A DNA stretch of 59,595 bases, from contig NMRA01000135.1 of assembly GCA_002633005.1 (NCBI GenBank), positions 1 to 59,595 on the forward strand, given 5' to 3'. The position numbers and the translations under genes were made by a program. Source of the stretch: Phoronis australis. Its lineage: Eukaryota > Animalia > Phoronida. Positions within the stretch are counted from its first letter, which is position 1. Each line of letters opens with the position of its first letter. Under the pieces are notes generated by a model. It ran no database searches, had not been told where the DNA came from, and saw only the letters and a program-made list of their open reading frames with translations. Below are positions 12,901 through 26,241 of this stretch, piece after piece.

Positions 12901-15900
12901 AGTTCATGTTCAATTCAACGTTTCGTCTTTTCATTAGACATCATCAGGATCATATTTACAACAATTTAGGACAACAAGTGCCAACATACAGCTCAGGTAA
13001 CATCCATAGAGTGAAGTGAGAGATACGTAGAGTATGGTCAGTAGCTGGTCATCACTATAGCTGCAGGGCCACAGAGCTCTGTGGCGCATGCGTAGACGGT
13101 CTGAACTAGATGAACAAAATGACAAGCCTGCTAATATAACAAAGCCAAACAGCGAACGGGCCTGAAGGGACACCATCGCTAAATGAATAAATCGTTTTAT
13201 AAACGGTGCTAAATTATTTCTTTTCCCTATCAACATAATTATAGAATTCAAACTATTTGTGGAAATTTTCGGAATTAAAGATGTATAGCATGAAAAAACT
13301 ATACTTTCGTGAAAATACGTGGGTAGACGGGAGGTCGCTTAAATACCGATTCTAAAATGCATCTTCTATCTGTTTCAGACGGACAGGGCGATAACCCTGA
13401 TTCAAAAGAGTTTTCTTCAATCCAACTCTTAGAAATAGAAAGCGCGTCGTCTGTTGATCTTTCGGTTCATGACGATGGGCCAAACACTCGCGCAGAAGCA
13501 TACACTACAACTTCGACGTTTAAAACCACTAAGGCAACCACACTATCCACGGAGGCAAAAAACAACCTCGGGTTCAATGAGTTGTCGTCTGCTGAATTCA
13601 ACTGTACAAGCCAGAATGTAACTTCCAATGTAGAGCAGGGCGAAACTACAACTGCAAGTGAAGATTTCAGCTTAGATGACTTTATACCCGACATGTCGAA
13701 TCACTTTAACTCAAAAATGGAAACATTGTTTCCTAAAGATGAACTTATGTTGGTTTCAAATTCGTCGTCCACGGCCAGCGTCTCCGGGATTCACGCCGTT
13801 GACATGTCCTCCCTTGAAAACACGACAGGAATGTCAGTAGGGTCGTCAACACCAAACATGGTAAGCTCATGTAATTAAGTTTTGTTGTGCTTAAAACATA
13901 ACTTGCGGATAAATTGACGACAAAGCGCTTCATGGCAAAAACAAAACTTAAATGCCACTATTCTAATTTGGTAAAACTGTGGTATGATAATTGCTATTTG
14001 GGGTCTTGGCCATCTACTAAAAATAACGATAAATCATCATGACACTGATAATTGCAGTGAAGTAAGCAGCCTGAATGTATGACTGAAATGCCTTTGGAGA
14101 GAAAAAACTTCATTAATACAGTTTACATTTGTATAAAATTCCTGGGTCTTTGATCGTTTCCATTCAGGTCAACAAAAAAGGCGAGGCGAGTCAAGAATTC
14201 TTCCTTTCAACACACGATAGTAGCGAGGTCAGAAGCATACAGGCAAATGTTGGTGACGAAGAAGAATATGGACCAAGTAATGCCGTTTCCATAGGTACTT
14301 TAAAATTTGTTCTCTCTCTATGCCCCTCTGAACATCTACGATGACGCAGTGCGCGTGTGTTGACCATGAAAACTGCTCTTAAGCTATATGAGAAACTAAA
14401 ATCAAAATTAGATTCATACTTACCCATACATATTTATCTTACCACAAAACAATCTTTATTTCCGTCGCCTTGATGAACATCAAGGTCATTCAAGAGTCAA
14501 AGAACGTCTCAAAAACCAAAGGGCTGGTAAGACCTTAAATTTTGACACCTTTCATTCAGTTGCAGATTTTAAGTAACCTACACCCTGTATGTGTAAATAA
14601 CTATTTACAGACACGCGTGTGTAGGTAGAAGTCCCTTGGAACACATGTGTGCCTAAATTTTGGAAATCAAAACGTTACTTGTGATATTTGAGAAGCAAAT
14701 TGAACTAAGATATAATACCGGTAAGTAAGGGCCACAGAAAAAGTCGAACGATGAAAGAAGTCAGCAGTACATGCGGAAATATCAACATATTATAAACAAG
14801 CTCGTCTCTTTTTCTTTTTCCCCGTGCCATTTTATCAAGGAGGCGGCTCAGTTTGCCGATTGCTGCAACGAGATCATTTAACAACCATGAGAGTTCTGCA
14901 AATACATTATTATTGTATTATTTGAACATTGTAAACAGGTAGGTAAGATGATAGTCACGAACTGTAGTAACCAAGATTGAAAATTTTGCAGATTCCACCA
15001 GTGAAAAAATGGGCGATGTGAAAGGTGACCATGCAAGTCAGCAACGCGTTTCTGTCAGAACTGAGAAATTTACAACGCTCGTCAAAGAAACTGGTTCATC
15101 TAACGGTGTTCCACAGGACAGCTTCATGAGTGGAAGTCTGACGTCAGAGTGGATGAGGGAGGCTAATGCTAAGGATTCCTTCATGGGGCAATCTGACGAG
15201 AAACCGAAGTACAGCAGCCACTCCCATGTCATTATTCGAACTGAAACAGAGACGAGGGATCAGATGATTGCCTCTGTAACAAGCAACGAAACAGATTGTT
15301 CAACGTTTGATGCCGTGATTACGGCTGAACCTGAATCTAAAGGTAGTGCCAACATTCGAACTGCGAAAGTGCAGTTAGATCGCAGCAGCTCTAGTAGCTC
15401 CAGTGGCAGTGTTGACGAGAAACGCTCAAAAGAGATTGCTGAAGGAGCTGGAGTTTCGTGTTCAGTTTCTGGAGTCACCGTAATGACTCGACAGAAGACC
15501 GATGGAGGCACCAATGTTTCCAACGACGACGACATTAGTTTACTTCGCAGAAGTAGCTCTCGACTTTCCAGCAGCAGTGATAATGATGAAGAAGGCAAGA
15601 CCAGTGATCACAGAAGCAGTTCTCATTGTTCCAGCAACAGTGAAACACTGACCAGTGGTCAGATTGTCTCTGATCTGACAGATGCGAACGAAATTTCTAG
15701 TGCAGCTGAGATGCGTTCTTCCAAAAAGATCAGAAAACATACCAAACACAATTCAAGCCGTAGATCTAGCTCTCAAAGTAACGACAGCAGCAGTAGTACA
15801 AGTGATGGAAGAGAGAAAACTGACGCAATTGAATGTCAACCATCGGATCGTGATGAATTAAATACGAAACAATGGGCAGAAAATGTCACCCAATACACTA

Positions 15901-18900
15901 GTGAAAATATGAATTTCAAACGCAAAAGTAGTTCGTGTAGTTCCAGCCGCAGTGGAGACGAAGAAAAGAAGTGTGCCGTTACTATGCAAACAAGGGATAT
16001 CGAGACCACGTCACATGTTCCGACTTCTGACGTAACCATTGAGATCCAGAGCCAGCAAGTTAGAAAAAGATACGCCATTTTCAGCACTTCGAATGCTCAG
16101 GTGATCAACAACAACAAGACTAAAAGAGGCAGTACTACATATGTCTCAAATTCTGATGTGTCTCTTAATGGAAACATTAAAGCGGTTACAAATAAGAGAA
16201 GCATCTCCAATACAGATAGCAGCAGTGATGATGAAGATGGAAATGTGGAGAGTAGTATATGTGAGAGCACACCGGCAGGCGTCACTAGTGCTGACGTGGC
16301 TCAGAAACTAAGAGAAAATTACACAGATGTCTCGGTTTCATTTACAAATGAGGAACATTCAAGCGGAGTCAGCGTCTTTGCTGACAGTGTGAAAGAAGCT
16401 AATGTTAAAAGAAGTGATAGTTCTAGCAGTAGTAACGACGAGAACAACGGCAAACATGTTCCTAAAGATGCTGACGTCGCCAAGGGTGAATTCCATGAAG
16501 AGAGTATTACCTTCGAAGAAGCAAAGGCTTCAACCAGACAAATAACGCGTCGTAACGTGCCTACAGTGCAAATAACATCGTTTCATGAACCTGACTGCAT
16601 CGGTAGATCAGACCACGTACAAGATGTGAACGAAGTATCTTTTTCGATGAGCCTTAACAAAACTGACGACTTCGCTGATTCAACTCCAGTTATAACTTTC
16701 AACACTGATGCCCAATTGCCACAATATTCACGTGAGCGAGAAAATTGGATAGTGGAAACCACTGCAAGTCATACAAAACGCCTCCATGCTGGATCTTCTG
16801 GTGAGGGTAAAGCTGTCGTACACGTTCCTCTCAGTCCTTTACCAAGCACAAGACGCATCGTTCGAGTAAGTAATAAAACTCAGGATAGTGATCAAAGTGA
16901 AGAAAAATCTTCCTCAGATTCATCCGACGGAATGGCAAGTAATGAGGACGACCCTGACGTCCAGGTGTTAAGAGCTTTGAAGAAATTGACATCGGCGAAA
17001 AGAAAGATAGTTGATGCTGGGGGCGATGTTCATGATACATCAACTTCGAGCTCGAGGGTTTACCGTTCTATTAAGACTGGAAACGATGAAACTGGTGAGT
17101 CCTATTCATGTGCGTCATTGATTAATTTAGACAATGAGTTTCACTTGTCTAGTGGAGACATAGTCGACACTGAAGAAATAGCTTCGGAGCAATATTCCAA
17201 CAAGGTCACCGGTGTAGTGGCAGCAAAAAGATTGTCTACCGGTATGCGACCACAATTGAATATTCTGACAAAGAACACTGATGTAGCTTCACGAGGTTCA
17301 AATGTCGTTTCCACTTCCAGCTCTCTTGAAGACGAACCGCAATTATTACTTCCCAGGGGATCGACCATAGCCACAAAGAGATTAACCAAAACATCTGACG
17401 ACAAGAGCTCTGTACAAAACAGGTCTACAAAATCTACTGACGGAGATGGCACGATGATCACTGTTCAAAGTGAGCATGCGTGTGGAGAGAGCAACAGTGA
17501 AAGTAATGATGCATCTGAGAAATATGAAGCTTCCACTACCAAGAATGAACAAAAACAGCATTTAGGCGACCTTAAAATTCCCGTGTTGTTTGGAAATTCA
17601 AATAGAAATGGTGCAACAGCGAATGATTCTCAAAATGGCTCCCTAGATGATAATGGGAACCACATGGCGCATGTAGTGCGAGATAACATGGATGATAGGC
17701 AAAATAGCGAGACCCATTCTTCAGATTCGTCTGATGGTGAAACAGGCAATGACGTAATGTCGGGTAAACTGGCATCATATGAGATCAGTAATGTTTCGTC
17801 GGAAAGGAAATTGAAACACACAGTTGGAATTAGTACGTCTAGAAATGATCAATGTTTTGAAAGAGCGGGGAACAATGACGACATCGCTGCGGAATCTACA
17901 TTTTCAAATGCATCCTTGGTAAGTTTAGACGACGAATTTCATGCAACTGGTGAAGATATTGTCGAAGCGGAGGAATTGGTAGCGGACGAATATTCCAGCG
18001 ATGCTGGTATAGTAGCGACAAAAAGACTGTCTACGAGTGTAAAACCAATCCTGAATATTTTGAAAGAAAATGCGGAAGGACACAACATCTGTAAACAAAA
18101 TGAAAATGAAAATACTGACGAGGAAGTAGTACAAGGTATCCATAATCTTGTCAAGGTATATGCAACTGAAATAGAAACAGAAGAAATCCCGGGAGACGCT
18201 AAAATTCCAATCTTAACAGGGGTATTCCCAAACACAGAGGAAGTCGAAGAAAATGAACAAACAATTAAGTCTTCAGGTAACGATGAGACTTTTTCGTCGA
18301 AGGCAAATGATGAAAATGGTTTCATGAGAGGACCTTCGTTTCAGACAATTCATTTCAGTTCTGGTAATAATGCGGATGAAGATGAACTCGATTCACTGAG
18401 GGCGGATGTTAAAAATGGACATGTCAGTGATCAGGCAAGGCAAGCTAGAGCAATGCCCTTTGTATCGTCTAGAATTGATGATGATGACGTCACTTTATCG
18501 CGAATAGTTGACAATGGTGAACCCATCAGTGGTTATACGAAAGAAACGATAAACTTTGTGTCGTCTGATGCATATGGCATTGATGGAGACGCTTCTGGTT
18601 ACAATAAACAAGCGAGGTATCGTTTGGCTTCTGATAATGAAGGTAAACATGAAGTTCAAGCAATAGACGTGAATGACAAGAGCAGATCTGTTACAGGCCA
18701 CGCAAACAATACTATGCAATTTGCAATTTCTGGAACAGAGGAATTTTCTGTACCTAGGGAAGGTGAAGATAATGGTCATATTGGTCATACAAAGACAGTA
18801 ACACATTTTGTGACTTCTCGTGATGAAGCTGAAAAGGTTATACGGGAATTAAAAGAAGAAAGGGCTCTTGTCGGAGGTAATATCGAGCAAACAATACATT

Positions 18901-21248
18901 CTGTGACTTCTGGCGATGAAGACGAATATGCTATACGTAAGGTGAAAGAAAATAAACTGGTCGGTGGTCAAGGCCATCAAGAAGATGACTACGTTACACA
19001 GAAAGTAGAAGAAGCAAAAGGACTAGACACTGGTTATACCAATGAAGCAAAACTTCTGACATGTGGTCATGAGGATAAAGATGTTATGCAGCAGGCAAAC
19101 GAAGAAAATGGGCTAATCCGTGGCCATATCAAAGTACATGTTCAGACTCCTGGCCATGAAGACGAACATGTTGTACTGAAGGGAATTGGAGAAAATGGAT
19201 TGGTGAGTGGTCGTACCGGTCAAGTAATGCAGTCTGTGTTTCCTGGTGGTGAAGATGGATACGTTGTACAGAAAGTAGAAGAGGAAAATAGTTCAGTTAG
19301 TGGTTATATCCTCCATGAAACACATCGCCTGAACTCTGGCGATGAAGACGATGGTGTTTCGGCTAACGTAGAAGACGAAAACGGATTGTTCGGTGGTATT
19401 ATTGAACAAAAACATTCTATGAAATTCGATCGTAGATATGCATATGTAAACAACAATGGAGGACTAGCCGGTGGTCCAGTCGAAGAAACAATGCATTTTG
19501 AGACCTCTGGTAATGAAGATGAAATGCAGAAGATAGGTGACGAACATGGATTGGTAGGTGGTCGTACCAAACTAACACTACATTCTGGGATTTCTGACAA
19601 TAAGGATGAATGTGTTGTACCAAGAACAGCCATAGAAAACAGACGGAGTGGTGGTCTTTCCGACCAAACTATGCATTTTGATGATAAAGGAGATGTTGGG
19701 CAGGCTGTTGATCAATTTCATGGAACAGTGCATTTTGTGGAGACAAATGATAATGGTGACAGCGAATACATCACGCAGAACTTGGAGAAAGAGAACATTC
19801 AGCAAACACGAGGTGAAAAGAATGTTAAGATCACAAGTAATTTCCAAGTAACAACGCATTTTGTGGTATCTGGCGATAACAACGACGAACACACTTCGCA
19901 AAGAATACTACTACGTGAGGTTAATCGTGGTGATGACCAAAATGCCGTTGGTCATTTACAGGAACAGATGCATAAAGCTGATTCTCCACATGGGTACGGA
20001 GGGGACGCATCCATTATCAACGGAAGGGACGAACGTCTAATTTTTAATTCACAACAAACGGGATCTTTTAATAGATCGGGTCATGACGCTCTTGGAACAG
20101 GCAGGGGTAAAGAGCACATCACGCGTGATTTTCAAGAAACGAAAACTTTCGTTGGTTCTGGTTATGGAGATGAGGACGCTGAACAGAACGTACGCAGAGA
20201 AAACAAGACCGTGACTAGTCATTTCCAGGAAATTATCCGAGACAAAAATACTGGACAAGTGGCAAATGAAAAAAGTCATTCCCAAGAAACAATTCAATTT
20301 GTTGGAACAGGTGACAATGGTGAATACGCCGTAGAGAAAGATGTTGGCGAACATTCCCACAAAACCTTAAGAATAATGGGCTCGGACAATGGTACTCACG
20401 TCGTTGGTGACTGCCACGGAATATCTATAAAAAGCGGAAAATCGGAACTACCGAATACGGTGGAGACGCGAGTGTTTGTGTCTAAAATAGAAAGAAAGGT
20501 CAGTAGAAGTAGTGACGTTGTTGCATCGAGTAAGTCCAGCGATGAAGAATTTCCGGATATTGTCATTTCACGTGGCAACAAAGCTATTCACGGACGAAAA
20601 GGAAGTCATAAAAGCATTTTGGAATTTGTCCAAGGGGAAGGGTACGGAGAGACTGGAAAGTGCCGTATAAGTATGGCCGATCAAGATTCGGGCAGCCTAC
20701 GCAATACCACAGGCAACGTTAACAGTGTTTTGACTTCATTTAATTCGAGCAATACAGACGCAAAAGATGTCCATTCGGAAAATAATACGTTCGAACCATC
20801 CGCACATGATATCGTTATCAACGAAATTTCAACGATTTCAGGTAGTGACCAGCTACCACCCGCAGCTACGAAAACACGAATGTCGAGTTCGACGATGAAC
20901 TCGGGCGATTTCGTTATTCCAAAGATCGAAGAAGGGCGTTTTCATCGTCTGCAACTTGCAACAAGAGACGGACGAACAGAATGGAGTGAAAGTGATTTAG
21001 TTACAACCCAACCGCTCAGGTGTGATAGCGACTTTTCCAACATTGCGCCTGCTTTTGTAAATACAGGAGGCCACGACAGTAGTGCCGTGGTATACGCCGG
21101 TGAAAACGATGAAGATACTCATCGAGTAGTGACGACAATTGTCGAGACGATTAGAGATGAATCCGGTCACACGATTGAACGCGTCAAGGAGATTGTTACA
21201 GTGGACGGGGTAACAGTCCAAACAACGGAAAAGGAGGAAGAATTGTAG
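8042..21248 (+). CDS. Giant N-acylated globin-domain protein (~2,512 aa): globin X-like N-terminus, degenerate globin fold and long disordered repeat tail; 6 exons: 8042-8265, 8852-9104, 12337-12532, 13379-13860, 14168-14294, 14992-21248
   Basis: All five introns are GT-AG with matching phases (2,0,1,0,1), giving a 7,539-nt CDS with no internal stop. The start MGTCCQKQ sits in an ACCATGG context. Globin landmarks: LSAQQCEILRQTW (helix A, Trp A12), GIMIIVR|FLDKCPHLARDF (Gly B6, Pro C2, Phe CD1), LGFEMGNRGM (F/FG), ALVNSLLQVI (G), GAWQAA (Trp H8). Introns 1 and 2 fall at the ancestral globin positions B12.2 and G7.0. Confidence 0.82.
9919..10013. repeat. Compound (ACA)n(ATA)n microsatellite
   Basis: Direct reading; lies in globin intron 2. 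Confidence 0.95.
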
Positions 21249-23189
21249 AGCAATGCTCAATACCGTCATTGCTGAAGTTATGAAAAGAGAAAGTCCCGTG
21301 CTAGAATGTTGAGAGATATTGATGCTCACTGTAATCTCATTTATTCAAACGTATGTGCAAACTTAAATGGAGTGCATACAGTGGTAAATGGTAAACCGCA
21401 GTTACGGCTACCCGAACTTCCAACATGCCCACGAGTCAAGTCGAAAGTATAACGCACGTGAGAGGAAGCATGCACGAAAGAAATACTCACGCTAGACTGA
21501 GACATAAACGAGCTCATTTAAAAACTATTTGGTAAAATTAAAGAGCACTTGAATTAACATTTTTACCTTGCAATGATTGCGCTTCTGACTTGAAATCCCC
21601 AATAGCATTAGGCCTATAAAAGTTCAACCTGTCGATATATCATCTTCATCTTGTACGACTTTGCGAGGGAGTTTCTGGTGCCGTATTAGCAAAGGTCGTA
21701 TGAACGGTATTAGCCGAGACGGTCGTAATTTTTACCGGCATACAGTTCAAATAACGTGGTTTATGAAGGTGTTCGCTTTAAAAGTGTGAATACACTGGTT
21801 CCCTCAGTCGCCACCATTCACTACCCAGACTGGCTGAGGTCCTTGTCGCACGGTTAGCGGAAATGGCTCTTAATCGAAATAATACGGTCTCGTTCCCCAT
21901 TCTTGCGTTCCTGTTTATGATGAGGGCCGGGGCTAGGATCCACGTTAATAAGAAAAAAGTAGCATAATTTCACAAAAACGGAAGAATAAACAATTGATTT
22001 GCGATTCGTAAGAGGAGAAAACAAATAATATGGAAAATGGTGGCCACGGGTGCCTTCCATGGGTCAGTCATCGTCAGCAGCAGCATGAAAACATGCAGCC
22101 TAAGCAACCAAAAATATGACATTGTATTTGAAAAAATGAACAACTACACTGACCCCATTTAAAGGATGAAAGTTTGAAAAAAATAAAGACCAAAATTTAC
22201 GAATTGCAGTCTCGATGGTTTTATCAATATAAAGCATTTATACGTTTTCACAAAAACAATCCAAGAACAGAATTTCTTTTGAAGAGCGTATTGTTGATGA
22301 AGAGGGAGTTGTTTGTAGGAGACGCTGTAGTACATGTCAATCAAACTGTGGGAGGTATGACTTTTTATGAGCGTGTAACACATTAAGGTGTTCAAACTAC
22401 ACCCACTCGTAATCGTAAACAAAGATTTCTGCGATTTTTTGAGGTACAAGTTTAACTTATAAACCATCTTGAAGTGAAACCGCCGTCTTCTGGGGCCAAA
22501 ACCAAACGGGAGGTTTTTGCAGTTGAGCCAGTTTGCCCCATCGGAAAATAATCACCTTCAATGACAGAAATTCATCAAAATCCTAATTTCTATTCATGTT
22601 TTGGACAAAAGAGCTATAGCCAGTATTAAGGTAAGGCTGTCGCTTGCGAGGCCAACCTATGATGTTACTGTACGGAATTAATATATTAGATTTACAAGAA
22701 CAGCAGTAGTGCCAGTTTCTAGTGGCCGTCAGCACCGGGTGGGGCAGGTGATATAAAACTGAGAGAAATTCACCGAACTGCGTAAAAATTAACCAAAACA
22801 CGAATTTCCAGAGAGTGATTTCAGATTGGAAAAAATCATAATCTTGCACTTTTAGCTACGGGCAAGATAATTTCCCGAATTTCAACCTGCATGCTGAAGC
22901 GTCATCAATTTCTAACACTATTGGCTTCCAGAAGACATAAATTGTCAATAAATTAGTCAACTTTCGTACATAAATAAACAGTTCAGTCAAAAGTTAAGCT
23001 TGAAGGTTACCAGAAGAAAATAGCCTTGACATGTTGGACCGTCGCATGGCAACACAATGCACACACTTCGATTTACTGCCGGTTGCTTTAAAAGTTGCAA
23101 GGATTTTTTGAAATCTGTATGTTTACAGTACAGAATTTTTAGAATGAATTTCTAAAGAGATTCGCGCAGATTTCTTGACTCGCACATCG

Positions 23190-23440
23190 GGCATGCGCGC
23201 ACCCAGCCTAAAATATAATGGGGCTTGAATTTTTGACGATGTGGACCTTTTACTAACAAAAAACGGGGGACTACAAAAAATGGGGTACCATTTCCAGTGC
23301 TACGAATTGTGCATTCGCGCCTTTTTAGTGGACTTTTGTCTGTTTTCTTGGACTTATTGTTTCTCCGAGCCGGACCTTTTTGCCCACTTTACCAAATGGG
23401 AGGGGGGTCCTTGAAGCACCCCCCTGTGTGCGCGCATGCC
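23190..23440 (+). mobile_element. MITE with GGCATGCGCGCAC TIRs, copy 1
   Basis: GGCATGCGCGCAC...GTGCGCGCATGCC termini; diverged homolog at 25976-26241. Confidence 0.7.
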
Positions 23441-23735
23441 AGGAAAGCACGGGAGACGGGGGCATCCCAAGAAATTTTCAGAATTTATTCCCATTGATGC
23501 TTTGCACTTGTCAAAGGAAACCGTTAAAATGCCCTCCTCCCTTCGGCGCCACATTTTCAGCTATATCAATAGCAGCAGCTGGTCATTTTTGCACAGGTTG
23601 AATTTCTACATCTAGACCACGAGTAAAAGTGTCCCGGTGTAATCTTTAAAACAGTCGAAAGCTCCCCTATGGGCGTCAACTCCTAAGTGAAGAGTGCGCG
23701 GCAGTCGTGCTGACCTTGTTTGCGCAGCCTCTATT

Positions 23736-24809
23736 ACAAGAGCAACGCGGAGCGTTGAAATGCGCCCACAATTGCACCGCATACGGTATCCCTCTAGGGT
23801 TGTTTATTGGTACCATAAAGTGGCCAGTAGAGGGCATACTTTGCAAAATGGAAAGGCATGGTCAATAGGCTAGGGGCAAAATGTGAGTAATCTTCATAAT
23901 ACAAGCACATCCTATACACCAGTTGCTTAAAGCACCACAGAAACATAGAATTAAAAACAAATTTACCAACATACGAGATTAGCACAGCATTAGAATGCCA
24001 GAAACAAATTTCTACTTGGAACTTTTCCTTCACAGTCACGAAGTAACACAAAGTATACACCTGAAGACCTATGAAAATACAGAGGTCAATGTAAAATACT
24101 AAAATTGCCACTAGAGGCAAATACTAAAATTGCCACTAGAGGCATACCGGTAGTCAGAATCATCCTAAAGTCGTCATCGTCCGTTGTCAACATCACATAA
24201 ATACACTTGCTAAATTTAGTAAAGATCCTGCAAACGGTTTGGGAGATACAGCCATGGGCGCAAAAAAACAAAACTGCCACTAGGAGGCGCCACAGTAGTC
24301 CAAATCGTCTGAAAATCATTGTCAGCTGTCTTCCTTATAGTAAGCACATACACGCCAATTTTCACAATCATCCTTTGAGCGGTTTGGTTGATAGAGGGGT
24401 GGACGCAAAAATACAGACTCGAAAACAGTAAAAATGGCCACTAGGTGGCGCAAACTACGTCGAATCCATCTGAAAACAGTAGGATAGCGTCATCTCACTA
24501 ATAGGTGCCTACATACCAAATTTCATGAAAATCCGTTCAATACTTTTGAAGATACAAAGGTAAGCGTAAAAAACTAAAATTGCCACTAGGGGGCACACCG
24601 GTAGTCGGATCCGTCCGAAAGTTCGCACATGCCGTCCCATTCATGAATGGAACATATGTGCCAAATTTCATGAACGTATGTCAAAGGGTTTTGGAGATAG
24701 AGCAGCGGACGCCGGACGCCAGACGCCGGACGTACGCCGCCCGGACGGACGGACGGACAGAGATGACAGCATAATGCGTCCACATATAAATATGTGGGCG
24801 CATAAAAAT
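23736..24809 (+). mobile_element. Helentron-associated (HINE/DINE-1/pearl-like) non-autonomous element, copy 1
   Basis: Subterminal inverted repeat ATGCGCCCACA/TGTGGGCGCAT, a short terminal hairpin, a (GGAC)n microsatellite, and internal degenerate ~150-bp repeats marked by AAAATTGCCACTAG. A near-identical inverted copy lies at 47825-48909. Confidence 0.8.
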
Positions 24810-25975
24810 GAGAGATCAAAATCTTACGTTTTTTTAATTAATGTGATGACACACGTTTACCGCACATGTAGATACAACATTTTAAGTATTATTCTTTATT
24901 TATCACCTTTCTTAAACAGTTAACGACATTTCCAAGGCTGTCAACGCCTCTATTCATGCAACGGTTTTGATTTTGCTTCCGAAGAACAAGAAGTAACAAA
25001 GCACTGTATACCTAAAACACATTAACGCCACAAATTACCTAACAACGTAGAACGGATAATAATATGGATAAAAGCCGAATGACAGTTACAATTGTCATAG
25101 CGTCCGATATACGTCACAATATTCTGTAAAATAAGATAAGTATACGACAGGAATAACAGACTGTATATGGGACTGAGTGCAGCCCCAAGTGGCAGACGCA
25201 CAGCACTGGACGGGCTTAGAGCGCCTAACCCTAATGTCACCTCCTAGTGCCTAAAGCCTTCCAATGCTCCAGGATCGCTTGTAATACATGGGGAAATTTC
25301 GCGACTCAGGCCAGCAAGAAGGTATAGGGTATAGCACAGCCAGAATCATTCATATTCAACTCCCCCGCAATCACTGTGGCCACCTCAGTAGCAACAAAAG
25401 CTTTCCTTCACTTCAGGGTTGCCACCTGGAGCTTACGCACTAGCCACCCCCAATCCCCCCCCTCCGCTTCCACCGGCCTGCAAAGATGACCAGGAATTTC
25501 GCCAGTTCTCAGGCGCGGGTCTGGGGCTGAACTTATTTTTAAGAAAAGCCTGTTGAATACGAGGAAGCACTTATTTGAAGGATAATCCTAAACCGATGAG
25601 AACACGGGAACCGCTGCTCTAAGGACATCAAAACTAATCAACAAAACACAAAGCCTACACACTGTGACGAGCGAAAACAGGAAACACATTCAAGACAAAA
25701 ACTTATTTACTTTCTGAAAATCAAGGGGTGGAAATAACCGCGCAGTTCCTCGCTTGACAACGCTCACGTGCCGGGTAAACTAAGATTGCGACACACAAAC
25801 ATGGGTCACCCACCGCCAAACAAGAAGCAGGACTCACAAGACATGGCACCCAAAACACACCTGGCGACTTACCAACACGGCTTACCCACCACCCACCATA
25901 GCACACGGTTTGTGACCAAGTTAGCGAGGGTACAACTGAAATTGCATTTTCCCAATTTTCTTAGTAAGCGTTCCT

Positions 25976-26241
25976 GGCATGCCCGCACTCAGCCTAAAAT
26001 ATAGGGGAGCTCAATTTCTCAGTATGGGGACCTTTTACTGAACAAAATAAACGAGGACTTAAAAAAACGGGCCACTCGGTTCAGGCCTACGATTTGTGCA
26101 TCTGCGCCGACTTCCCGTGTCCTTTGTGAAATTTTGTGTAGTTCATTTGGACTTTTTTCACTGAGGCAGACCTTTTTGCCCAATTCGCCAAATTGGGGGG
26201 CTCGAATGAGCCCCCCGAGCCCCCCTGGGTGCGCCCATGCC
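25976..26241 (+). mobile_element. MITE with GGCATG TIRs, copy 2
   Basis: GGCATGCCCGCAC...GTGCGCCCATGCC termini; shares CAGCCTAAAATATA, GGACCTTTTACT and GACCTTTTTGCCCA blocks with 23190-23440. Confidence 0.7.

Noticed and set aside
15038-20581. Many antisense ORFs within the large exon
   Set aside because: They are expected shadows of a long Ser-rich coding exon and have no independent evidence.
15009-21248. 2,079-aa ORF as a stand-alone intronless gene or polyprotein
   Set aside because: A good acceptor at 14991 links it in phase to upstream exons, and it has no RT, protease, capsid or transposase motifs.
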